Assembly (NCBI GenBank): GCA_030390025.1
Contig: CM059425.1
Span: 260,338,001-260,402,000, forward strand
Origin: Squalus acanthias
Lineage: Eukaryota
Direction: 5' to 3'
DNA length: 64,000 bases
The position numbers and the translations under genes were made by a program. Shown one piece after another: positions 50,201 through 61,759 of this stretch; position 1 is the first letter of the stretch; each line of letters opens with the position of its first letter. Below the pieces are notes generated by a model, which saw only the letters and a list, made by a program, of their open reading frames with translations, did not search any database and had not been told where the DNA came from.

Positions 50201-52426
50201 CACAATCTTATTTCTAGTTTGAATTGTTGCTTACCAGTTATCTCGAGAACTCCATGCTCGAGTTCAAATATTCCTCCCTTTACGTCCTTGAAATCCACAC
50301 GACAAATGTACATCTTGTCTGTATCCCCTTTCCTCAGCTGTTTGATGATGATAGAAGCGTCGTTCTCCCTCGGGTTTCCCATCACTCGGTAGCGCTCGTC
50401 TACATTCAGGTGGATCTGATTCTTAAACCCATTGCTCTGCGAGTTTAGCGACGGATAATTTGTGTAATTATAAACCACTCCTTTCCGAGTTCTGTTCCAG
50501 GTGACGGTGATGTTGCCTTTATATCCAGGGTGAGGGTGAGTGAACTTGCAGAACAGAACAGTAGGCTTCCCTTCCCTAGCCGTCACCCTATCTGGGGTCT
50601 CCATGCTCCAGTTATTCACACTGAGACCTGTGAGGAAACACAGATGTCATGTTAACACTTGACTGAGCGCAACAGTCAGACACTCCATGGGGGAACCACG
50701 ACACACCCTGTACTTTCTGACATTCTAATGTCTATCTGAAACTGTGCTGAATTATGGCCAGTTGTGTGCTGTGTGTCCACACTCAATAGGAAGTGGGTTG
50801 GAGTGCCTCCAGCCCACTGCACAGAGACTAAAGAAATAGAACCGGAGAGGCCTGCAGCACCGGAGGTCGTTCCACACCCCCTGTCTAAGCCTGCTCTTTC
50901 CTGGAGCCATCTTATCCCATCAGAGTATTCTGCCTTTAATACCAGATAACAGGAACTTGCATTTCTGCAGTGTCTTTCACAGCCTCAGCACATCCCAAAA
51001 ACTATTTTACGCAGCGAGCGGTTAAGATGGGGAATGCACTGCCTGAAAGGGTGGTGGAGGCAGACTCAATCACATCTTTCAAAAGGGAGTTGGATCAGTA
51101 TTTGAAGGGAAAAAAATTGGCAGGTCTATGGGGAAAGGGCGGGGGAGTGGGACTGGATCAGAGCCAGCACGGGCTCGACGGGCTGAAAGGCCTTCTTCCG
51201 AGCTGCAACCATTCTATGACCCTATGGGGGAAAAATTCAGTATCGCCCCGTTTGCGGCGTAATTATCGGCTGGGCGCAAAGATTAGCGTCTGGCGCTAAT
51301 TATCACCACCGACTGCAAACTTGATTTTTATCGCCCCTGCAGGTGATTGGAGCGCGAAATCAGGCGCTTCACACATGTCTTAAGGCACAAAGGCCGAGGA
51401 GCGAGGCGCTAACTCAGAGCGCTGGCGAAGCTCATGTGATGTCAGTCAGCAATGGAACACACACACAATGGCCCCGGCCAGTTCTTAAAGGGGAGGGTTG
51501 ATCTTGCTCTCCATCCACACCCTGCTCATTGCAGCCTTGAATCTCAGCCTGGAGAGACCTGTACATCAAATCTGCTGGAAAGAACAATGGAGAGGACCAG
51601 GGAAAGAGCTCAGAGTGCAACCCCCCACAGTCTCTTCTAAATCGATACAAGGAAGGGCAAATAAAAATGAACCTGCAAAGTGCTGCTCAGTACCCAAAAC
51701 TCCTTCACACAGCATTGAATCTCTCCAGAAGTCTCTGTCTCTCTCTCTCAGAATGCATGGTTCAAAAATGTCACCAACAAAAAACAGCAGGAAGTGGTCG
51801 CCTTTAAATAGCGCTCCCCCAGTCCCTGCCTGACTGCAAAACGCTCCCCTCAACCTGTCGTTACTAGTGGCAGGCGGTAAGGCAGGGGGCACTACTCAAT
51901 ATCTGCTCCGGGGTGCTACCGGGGCGTTGCGCACTCGACTGACGTCACGATCTGCCGGTGCAGGAGATCGTGGCGGCAGTGTTTAGCGCCGCCGCAAAAT
52001 GTCTAGTTAATTTCGCGCGTCCGGGCGCTAGTTGCTTTGCGCCTCATTAGCGCCCTCTTAAGGCGCTAACTGGAGGCGCCCCCAACTGAATTTTTCCCCT
52101 ATGATTCTATGATTCTCTGATTCTAAGTATTTTTGAAGTGGAGTCCCTGTTGTAATGTAGGAAACGCGGCAGCCAATTTATGCACAGCAAGCTCCCACAA
52201 ACAGCAATGAAATAAATGGCCATGTCACCAGTTTTAGGTGTTGGTTGAGGGATAAATATCGTGCCTGTGCCAACTCTTTGAAATACCTCTCTAATTATTA
52301 CCACTCCCCTGCTCTTTCCCCATAGCCCAGAAGAAACAAAGAAAATGGGTTCCTGCCTCCTCTTGGGGAATACATACGTTCTGCCGAGATGGCCAGGGTG
52401 AGTGCACAAACCAAAATGCACAGCAT
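46780..52426 (-). CDS. siglec15-like: Gene B: Siglec-15-like receptor (leader-V-V-C2-TM with Arg, short tail), putative activating paralog. Exons 52378-52426, 50235-50627, 49152-49520, 46780-47261
   Basis: Exons 1-3 match gene A in size (49, 393, 369 nt), phase and splice sites, and there are no stops. Exon 4 reads through the deleted donor to TAA at 46780-46782. Confidence 0.85.
47635..49122 (-). mobile_element. Solo LTR (about 1.49 kb) in gene B intron 3
   Basis: TG...CA ends, 4-bp TSD CCAT, empty site in gene A near 28118. AATAAA on the minus strand at 47784-47789. Confidence 0.88.
49152..49520 (-). CDS. Gene B exon 3: V-set domain 2
   Basis: ctacctcag|...|gtaagg, 369 nt. Confidence 0.92.
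50235..50627 (-). CDS. Gene B exon 2: V-set domain 1 with essential Arg
   Basis: ctcacag|...|gtaagc, 393 nt, YICRVDF retained. Confidence 0.92.
51226..52099. mobile_element. Harbinger-type MITE, family 2, in gene B intron 1
   Basis: TIRs and TSD TAT. Absent from the paralogous gene A site near 30345. Confidence 0.85.
52378..52426 (-). CDS. Gene B exon 1: signal peptide MLCILVCALTLAISAE
   Basis: ATG at 52426, donor GTATGT, paralog of 30629-30677. Confidence 0.85.
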
Positions 52427-53193
52427 TCTCTTCACTCCTTCAGCGCCCAGATCTCTCTGACAGCCGACCACAGACTGTGGAACTGCGACGGTTCCTCGCT
52501 GTTTCTTGTTACTTCCTTCTTGAATCTGGGGGTAACGAAGAAAAAAAAATACTTGTGATATTTACCAGCCAGCTTCAGATGAGGAAGTCTCTTTTGCTCC
52601 CTCCCCAGTCAGCTCAGTGTCTGCACAGTGCCCCCATGTCTGGGAGCAACTGGCCTGCGCAGAAGCCTTGAAGTCAGACATAAGTTCTTCAGCACCTGCC
52701 ATACCACCCCCTGTAGACGTCTGCAACTTGAAACAACTGTGGAAGGCACCAAACACTTGTAGAATTGCAGCGACAGTCAGAAGGAATCATCCAACCACTG
52801 ACCTGTAGGTAGTTGATGATCCTTTGAATCGCGCTGGTGGGGGGTCCTTCCTGCTGCTTAAAGCGCGTTCAGCTGTGCGAGCTTAATAGAGGGCGTTGGC
52901 TCGAGGGTGGAGCTTCAGAACGGCAGCGCTGACGTCAGTATGGTCTGTCTGCTCTGCATACTTCCGGCGGACCTTAGCTGCGCACGGGCTGACGCCTTCA
53001 CCAAGTTGGCCTCCGGCGTCATTCACGGCAGAAGTGTGCGCGCCTGCAGGAGACGCCATTGTGGTCCCCGAACGGCCCCCATAGCGCCCAAACCACGGGA
53101 GCTACTGAGCCCAATTTCGTGCCCCATGTCTTTACATTTAGTGTTGCAACTGGGCTAAATAGAAGGAAGGAGTTAATTGTTTCTTGGAAAACC

Positions 53194-54680
53194 TGTAAGA
53201 TTCTCAAAATTCACAGATTCCCCTAAACTCTAAGGAAAACGCTGAGGAAAAAGACTTTGGACTCTTTTCTAACTATTACAGGGTAGTGAAATGCATTGGG
53301 CTTAACCGAAGGACGTTTTAGAGCAAAACCCAAGATTTGGTAATTTAAAAGACATGTCTGGACTTGTAAGGGAGAAAAGGCTGTAAAGGGAGGTGGGCTC
53401 AACCTCTGTAAAAACAGTTTGAGTATTGGAGCTAATGGGAACTGTCTGGGGAACCGCATGACCTCGCTGGGAGTGTAAATCGGCCCCTGTCAGACATTAA
53501 CATCCTTACAATAAACCCAAGGAAAAACAGTCTCCACCCCAAGTTACAGAGCCCATTAAAACATGCATAAAACAGATTACTTCGGCTTACTCTATAGAAA
53601 TCCTAGGCCCAGTCAAGAAACCCAAAACATGAGGACAATCATCTCTGATTAAGTGGCAAATCGACAGGATGGGGCCATCCCGGAACCACGTCACACCTTA
53701 ACAAACAAGTTACCGTTAACGAGCCCGCCAAAATCTAACAAAGACCGGGATCTGATTTGGCACGCAGATAAGGGAGCTTCAATGGGTATAATTGAAGGCC
53801 CGTTCTCAACCTGAAAAAGAAGAAGAGGAAGGAAGAACAAGAAGACATCCACGGAGGCATTCTCCGCAACACAGTCCTACAACACCACCGTTCAGCGTTC
53901 CGTGTCCAGCCAGGAGGTCGACAGCTCGAAGGCCAGACCATCCAACAAAGTAGGCTGACACGAGAAGAACCCAGAACGACCGCCTCAGTGACCATCGGAC
54001 ACCTCGCGGCAACAAGGCCCTCAAGAAACAATCAACCAAACACCAAGTACCAGTATTCGGGCCACCGCGACCAAAGAAAACCAACTCGAAGAAAACCCGA
54101 ACAACCGCGAAGTTTCCACTCTACAATCTACTCCTGACTTATCCCTGGGTAAGATTTTCCCTTAAAAAACTCTAAACCCTACTTCTAAACTAAAGAAAGT
54201 GGGTACTCACCTGATAAATCTAATACGCACCTACTGCATCAGCGGACTCACGAAGACTGACCAGATACGCAGTTGAAGTCCTCTATCGCGCACGGGGTAC
54301 AGCAGACACCAACCGACATAGAGAGTGAACCCCAAAACCGCGAACTAACCTAACCTGTCAAGGATTCTGGTGAGTATCATCCCTGGTCCTCTGGAGTCCA
54401 AACTAGCCAGTGAAGTGGGATTGGGAGGGGTGAAGTATTCTCCTAATGTTATTTCCCTCGCTTGTACCGAAGTGTTCCCCACTTTTAGAGTGTTAAGAGT
54501 GTTTGTGTTGTGTTTTACTTTCTTAAATAAAGATCAAAGTTCTTGCATCAAACTCAGTTGTCTGCTGCACTTTTTATCACAACCTCCAAATAAGTCCAAG
54601 GTTTAGAACCAAGGGGGTGGGAGCGATTCGAACCGCTCAGAAGTCAGAGGTGAAGCTGACACAAACCACCACCCACTACA
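53194..54680 (+). mobile_element. Solo LTR of the same family, opposite orientation, upstream of gene B
   Basis: TG...CA ends, imperfect TSD AACC/ACCC, AATAAA at 54526, empty site in gene A near 31443. Confidence 0.87.
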
Positions 54681-56751
54681 ACCCTTGGGGGGACAAAACA
54701 GAAGTGGGTGGAGTCAGTCACCACATCACCAGTTTCAGACTTGCTGTACGCAAATAAATAAAAAAACAATCATTTGAAAATGTTCAAATTGATTTAAAAC
54801 TAGACATCATCCTGTAACTGAACCATGAGATTCTCCAAAGCTTGCTTTTAACTCCTTCATTGAACAGTGGTACGGTGTATCCTGTGGAGTTACAAATCTT
54901 ACAATCAATTTAACTTTAAATAAAACTTGCACAATGATCATAAGAACATAAGCAATAGGAGCAGGAATAGGCCACTTGGCCCCTCGAGCCTGCTCCGCCA
55001 TTCAATAAGATCATGGCTGATCTTGGGCTCAAAGCCACTTCACTGCCCGCTCCCCATAACCCTTCACTCCCTTATCTTGCAAAAATCTGTCTATCTCCAC
55101 CTTAAATGTATTTAATGACCCAGCCTCCACGGCTCTCTGGGGCAGAGAATTCCACAGATTTACGACCCTCTGAGAGAAGAAATTCCTCCTCATCTCAGTT
55201 CTAAAAGGGCGACCCTTTATTCTGAAACTATGCCCCCGCGTTCTAGATTTCCCCACGAGGGGAAACATCCTCTCTGCATCTACCTTGTCGAGCCCCCTCA
55301 GTATCTTATATGTTTCAATAAGATAACCTCTCATTCTTCTAAATTCCAATGAGTATAGGCCCAACCTGCTCAACCTTTCTTCATAAGTCAACCCCCTCAT
55401 CTCAGGAATCAACCGAGTGAATCGTCTCTGAACTGCCTCCAATGCAAGTATATCCTTCCTTAAATAAGGAGACCAAAATTGTACGCAGTACTCAAGGTGT
55501 GGTCTCACCAATACCCTGTACAGTTGTAGCAGGACTTCCCTGCTTTTATACTCCATCCCCCTTGCAATAAAGGCCAACATTCCATTTGCCTTTTTGATTA
55601 CTTGCTGTACCTGCATGCTAACTGTTTGTGTTTCATGCACAAGGACCCCCAGGTCCTTCTGAACTGTAGCATTTTGTAATCTCTCCATTTAAATAATAAT
55701 TTGCTTTTTTATTTTTCCTGCCAAAGTGTATAACCTCGCACTTTCCCACATTATACTCTATCTGCCAAATGTTTGCCCACTCACTTAGCCTGTCTATATC
55801 CCTTTGCAGATTCTTTGAGTCCTCTACACAACTTGCTTTCCCTCCCATCTTTGTATCATCCGCAAACTTGGCTACATTACACTCGGTCCCTTCATCCAAG
55901 TCATTAATGTAGATTGTAAATAGTTGAGGCCCCAGCACTGATCCCTGTGGCACCCCACTAGTTACTGTTTGCCAATCAGAAAATGACCCATTTATCCCGA
56001 CTCTCTGCTTTCTGTTAGTTAGCCGATTCTCTATCCATGCTAATATATTACCCCCAACTCCGTGAGCTCTTATCTTATGCAGTAACCTTTTATGTGGCAC
56101 CTTATCGAGTGCCTTCTGGAAATCCAAATACACCACATACACTGGCTCACCCTTATCCAACCTGCTCGTTACATCCTCAAAGAACTCCAGCAAATTTGTT
56201 AAACATGATTTCCCTTTCATAAAAGCATGCTGACTCTGCTTGACTGCATTATGATTTTCCAAATGCCCTGCTACTGCTTCCTTAATGAAGGACTCCAGCA
56301 TTTTCCCGACGACAGATGTTAGGCTAACTGGTCTATAGTTTCCTGCTTTCTGTCTCCCTCCTTTCTTAAATAGGGGTGTTACATTTGCGGTTTTCCAATC
56401 CACTGGGACCTCTCCAGAGTCCAGGGAATTTTGGTATATTGCAACCAATGCATCCACTATCTCTGCAGCCACTTCTTTTAAGATGCTGGATTGCAGGCCA
56501 GGGAACTTGTCGTCTTTTAGTCCCATTATTTTTCCAAGTACTTTTTCCTTAGTGATAGTGATTGTCTTTAGTTCGCCCCTCCCTGTGGCCGCTTGATTAT
56601 CCATTATTGGGATGTTGTTTGTGTCTTCTACAGTGAAGACAGATACAAAATATTTGTTCAGAGTCTCTGCCATTTCCCCGTTCCCTATTATTAATTCCCC
56701 ATTCTCATCCTCTAAGGGACCAACGTTTACTTTAGCTACTCTCTTCCTTTT

Positions 56752-57180
56752 TAGAAACATAGAATCTAGGAGCAGGAGTAGGCCATTCGGCCCATCGAGC
56801 CTGCTCCACCATTCAATACGATCATGGCTGATCATCCAAATCCAGTACCCTGTCCCTGCTTTAATCCCCACAGTACACATATCCCACCCTACCCCCGTAA
56901 CCCCACGTATTTAATTCCCCCTAACATATCCCATCCTATCCCCATAACCCCACATATTTAATCCCCCCCTAACACTAAGGGTCAATTTATCATAGCCAAA
57001 TCAACCTAACCCGCACATTTTTGGACTGTGGGAGGAAACCGGAGCACCCGGAGGAAACCCACGCAGACACAGGGAGAATGTGCAAACTCCACACAGACAG
57101 TCACCCGAGGTCAGATTCGAACCCGGCTCCCTGGCGCTGTGAGGCACCAGTGCTAACCACTATGCCACCGTGTTGCACAC
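56752..57180 (-). mobile_element. HE1-like V-SINE (tRNA head, V-domain, CR1-type tail)
   Basis: ggtggcatagtggttagcac...ggttcgaatc head and tgtggagtttgcacattctccc...gggtttcctccgggtgctccggtttcctcccaca core. Confidence 0.85.
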
Positions 57181-57485
57181 GTTTTTATATACCTGTAGAA
57201 GCTCTTACTTTCTGTGTTAATATTTCTTGCCAGTTTACTCTCATCATTCATCTTCTCTCTCTTTATTATTTTTTTAGTTATCCTTTGCTGGTTTTTAAAA
57301 ATTTCCCAATCCTCTGGCCTCCCACCAATCTTGGCAACATTGTATGCCTTCGTTTTGAATTTGATACCATCTTTTACTTCCTTAGTTAGCCACGGATAGC
57401 GCTCCCTTCTCTTAAAATCTTTCTTTCTCACTGGAATATATTTTTGTTGAGAGTTATGAAATATCTCCGTAAACGTCCACCACTG

Positions 57486-60208
57486 GAGGAGGGGTAGCAT
57501 TGCTGGTAAAAGAGGGGATAAATGCAATTGAAAGGAAGGATATTAACTCAGTTAATACAGAATCTATATGGGTGGAGCTAAGAAATAGCGAGGGGCGAAA
57601 AACATTAATAGGAGTGGTATATAGGCCTCCAAATAGTAAAATAGAGGTTGGGGAGGGCATCACGAGGGAAATTAGAGAAGCATGCAATAAGAGCACAGCC
57701 GTCATCATAGGTGACTTTAACTTACATATAGATTGGAATAGCCTAATCAGTAAAAATAATGAGGAGGAGGAATTCCTTGAGTGTTTAAGGGATGGTTATC
57801 TGGATCAATATGTCGAGGAACCAACTCGGGAACAGGCTATATTGGACTGGGTACTGTGCAATGAGAAGGGACTAATTAGTAATCTTGTTGTACGGGGACC
57901 CTTGGGTCAGAGCGATCATAACATGATCGATTTCTCACTCGAAATGGAGAGCGAAGAAATTGACTCAGAGACTAAGGTCCTGAATTTAAACAAGGGGAAT
58001 TATGATGCCATTAGACGGGAACTGAGTAGGTCTGATTGGACAACGTTCCTGGGAGGACTGGAGGTAGATAAACAATGGCAAGCATTTAAAGATAGAATGA
58101 CAAAATTGCAAAAATTGTTTATACCAATCTGGCATAAAAGGAAATCTAAAAAGGTGACTCAACCGTGGATAACAGGGGAAATTAGAGACAGCATAAAATC
58201 CAAAGATAGGGCATATAAAATAGCCAAAAAAAGCGCCAGAGCGGAAGATTGGGAACAGTTTAAGATAGAGCAAAGGAGGACAAAGGGCTTAATCAAGAGG
58301 GGCAAAATAGCTTACGAAAGCAAGCTGGCGGAAAATATAAAAACTAACTCCAAAAGCTTTTATAAGTATATCAAGAGGAAAAGACTGGTGAAAACCAAAG
58401 TTGGTCCATTGCAGTCAGATACGGGGGAATATATAACGGGAAATAAGGAAATGGCAGACCAACTAAATGCATACTTTGGGTCAGTCTTTACGAAGGAAGA
58501 CACAAAAAACCTCCCTGGGATATCGGGAAAAATAGGGACATTGGCAAAGGAGGAACTGACGCAAATCAATATCTCTAAGGATATGGTGTTAAGGAAGCTA
58601 AAGGGATTGAAGGCGGACAAATCCCCAGGGCCTGATAACATGCATCCTAGGGTACTGAAGGAGGTGGCCCTAGAGATAGCGGATGCACTAAGTATGATTT
58701 TTCAGAATTCATTAGACTCGGGAACAGTGCCCATGGATTGGAGGGTAGCTAACGTTACCCCACTATTCAAAAAGGGGGGTAGGGAAAAAGCAGGTAATTA
58801 CAGACCTGTAAGCCTTACATCAGTTGTGGGCAATATGCTGGAGTCCATCATTAAGGATGAAATAGCGGAGCACTTAGCAAATGGGGACAGGATAGGACAG
58901 AGTCAACATGGATTTACAAAGGGTAAATCGTGCTTGACTAATCTATTGGAATTTTTTGAGGGAGTAACTGGTAAAATAGATGGGGGAGAGCCAGTAGATG
59001 TGGTGTACCTGGACTTCCAAAAGGCCTTCGATAAGGTCCCACATAAAAGATTAGCATGGAAAATTGAAGCTCATGGGATAAAGGGGAAAGTATTGACGTG
59101 GATAGAGAACTGGCTGTCAGATAGAAAACAGAGAGTTGGAATAAACGGCTCATTTTCTGAATGGCAGGCAGTAACAAGTGGGGTACCACAGGGATCTGTC
59201 CTGGGTCCCCAGCTGTTCACAATTTACATTAATGACCTGGATCAGGGAGTCGGATGCAGCATTTCCAAATTTGCAGACGACACTAAACTAGGAGGGGGGG
59301 TGGGCTCAGAGGAGGAGACCAGGAAGCTCCAGAGCGATTTGGACAGACTGGGTGATTGGGCGGATAAATGGCAGATGCACTATAATGTGGACAAGTGCGA
59401 AGTTATCCACCTTGGGTGCAGGAACGGGAGGGCAAATTATTATTTAAATGGCAATAAATTGGGAGAGGGGGAAGTACAGAGAGACCTGGGTGTTCTTGTA
59501 CACCAGTCACTGAAGGCGAGCATGCAGGTGCAACAGGCGGTCAAGAAGGCAAACGGTATGCTGGCCTTCATAGCAAAAGGGTTGGAATACAGGAACAGGG
59601 ATACCTTGCTGCAGCTGTACAGGGCACTGGTGAGACCACACCTCGAGTACTGTGTACAGTTTTGGTCGCCTCATCTGAGGAAAGATGTTCTTGCCATGGA
59701 GGGGGTGCAGCGGCGATTCACCAGGCTGATACCAGGAATGGTGGGATTGACCTATGAGGAGAGACTATGTAGTTTAGGGATGTACACACTGGAGTTTAGA
59801 AGATTGAGAGGGGACCTCATAGAAGTGTATAAAATTCTGACAGGTCTAGACAGACTAGATGCAGAAGGAATGTTTCCCTTGGCGGGTGAGAACAGAACTA
59901 GAGGACATAATTTAAGGATAAGGGCTAAACCATTTAGGACAGAAATGAGGGGGAATTTCTTCACTCAGAGGGTGGTGAACCTGTGGAACTCATTGCCACA
60001 GAGGGCAGTGTACGCCAGCTCATTAAATATATTTAAGAGGGAAATAGATATATTTCTACAGGCAAAAGGGGTTAAGGGTTACGGAGAGAAGGCGGGGACG
60101 GGATACTGAATTGGAGGATCAGCCATGATCTCATTAAATGGCGGAGCAGGCTCGAAGGGCCGGATGGCCTACTCCTGCTCCTATCTTCTATGTATCTATG
60201 TATCTATG
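57486..60208 (+). mobile_element. Young 5'-truncated CR1 with uninterrupted 869-aa ORF2 segment
   Basis: ORF 57500-60109, nearly identical to the inverse of 35414-38140. Confidence 0.95.
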
Positions 60209-60619
60209 TAACTGTCTTACCTTTTAATTTATTTTTCCAGTCCACTTTAGCCAGTTTTGCCCTCATGCCATTGTAATTGCCTTTGTTTAAGATCAGGACA
60301 CTGGTTTGAGATACAACATTCTCACCCTCCAACTGAATTTGAAATTCAACCATGTTATGATCACTCTTTCCTAGAGGATCCTTTACTATCATTTATTAAT
60401 TCTGTCTCTTTATACAGTACCAGATCCAAGATAGCCTGCTCCCTGGTTGGTTCCATTACATACTGTTTTAGGAAACCATCCCGGATACACTCTATGAACT
60501 CCTCCTCAAGGCTACCATGGCCAATTTGAATTGTCCAATCAATATGGAGATTAAAATCACCCATGATTATTACCGTACCTTTTTTACAGGCCTCAATTAT
60601 TTGTTGATTTATACTCTGT

Positions 60620-61649
60620 TGAAGAGATCGCAAAGTCTCTGTTTGAAGAATGGACTCAGTCAAGAATATTTTGTGGACTTTACGGGATTTTTCTGAGGGT
60701 ATTTTCCTGTGATGGGATCACCCTGTGCAGATATGTGAAAAACTGGCTTGTTAAAACTCCAGTGAACGCATGGCAGTTGGCTGTGACAAAAGAACTGTCA
60801 GTCATCCAGAATATGCAAAAGCACTTCTCACCTCCATCTCAGAAGAGAAGCAGAACAATGAACCCACTGGCCTAGCCAGCCGGAGAGGAGCCAGTTTTTT
60901 CCCAACACAAAGACCGAAATATGTCCCAGACTAAGGGCCATTAGTCCAATCACAGAGTACACATGGGTCTGATGATGACCCATCACTGATTAAGCACCGG
61001 AGTGCTTAGAAACAAAAGGATTTTAAAGATTGGCAGGAAAGATAGGGGTAGCAAGACTGCTATAAAAATAGACCCTTTCCCACCATTCTCTCTCTCTCTC
61101 GCTCTCGCTGCACCAAGATCGACCTAACAAGAAGACCAGAGGAAGAAGCAGCTAAGCGGAGCGATCGAGACCGACTGCATGTGGGGGTAAGCATGGCCTC
61201 GAGTGTCCCAAGCCGGTAACCAGAGGGCTCAGGGTTTTTCTCAGAAGTGAAGCTTTTGGGCTCTTCCGAGGGTGGGAGCTTCGTTTGGTTCAGCCAGGCG
61301 AAGGGGCTTATGCGACTGGGTAATTCGTTGGTAGGGGTGGAATTAGAGTCCACCATAGCAACAAGGGAATTACTGCTTGTCATATTCCTCAGTTGTGTAC
61401 TGTATGTATGTTGTTTGTAACCTGGATTTTATTCTCCACAGAGACAGTGATTTTGTTTAGCAGTGCATGTTTTAGCCAGTGTATGTTAGACCAAATAAAT
61501 ATAAGTTTGATTTTTCGCCGAAGCATTCCTGTCCGTGACTTATTTCATTTGCACTCTGAATAATAATTCCCGGGTATAGAACTTTCGTAAGGCGAGGGCG
61601 ATTCGAACATTCCGTCTAGCAATTGGGCTAGGATCAAAAATCGCTTACA
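60620..61649 (+). mobile_element. Solo LTR (1030 bp), different family
   Basis: TG...CA ends, TSD CTGT, TATAAAA at 61061, AATAAA near 61494. Splits CR1 NTVGQ|SINQQ. Confidence 0.85.
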
Positions 61650-61759
61650 CTGTCCAACAGTATTGCTACTCTTCGGGGGCCTGTAGACTACGCCCACCAG
61701 GGACTTTTTCCCCTTATTATTTTTTATCTCCACCCAAACCAATTCTACATCTTGATCTT

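Larger units (their letters stand above)
54940..61758 (-). mobile_element. CR1 LINE fragmented by nested SINE, CR1 and LTR insertions
   Basis: Collinear ORF2 pieces at 61650-61758, 60209-60619, 57181-57485 and about 55030-56750. Confidence 0.9.
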
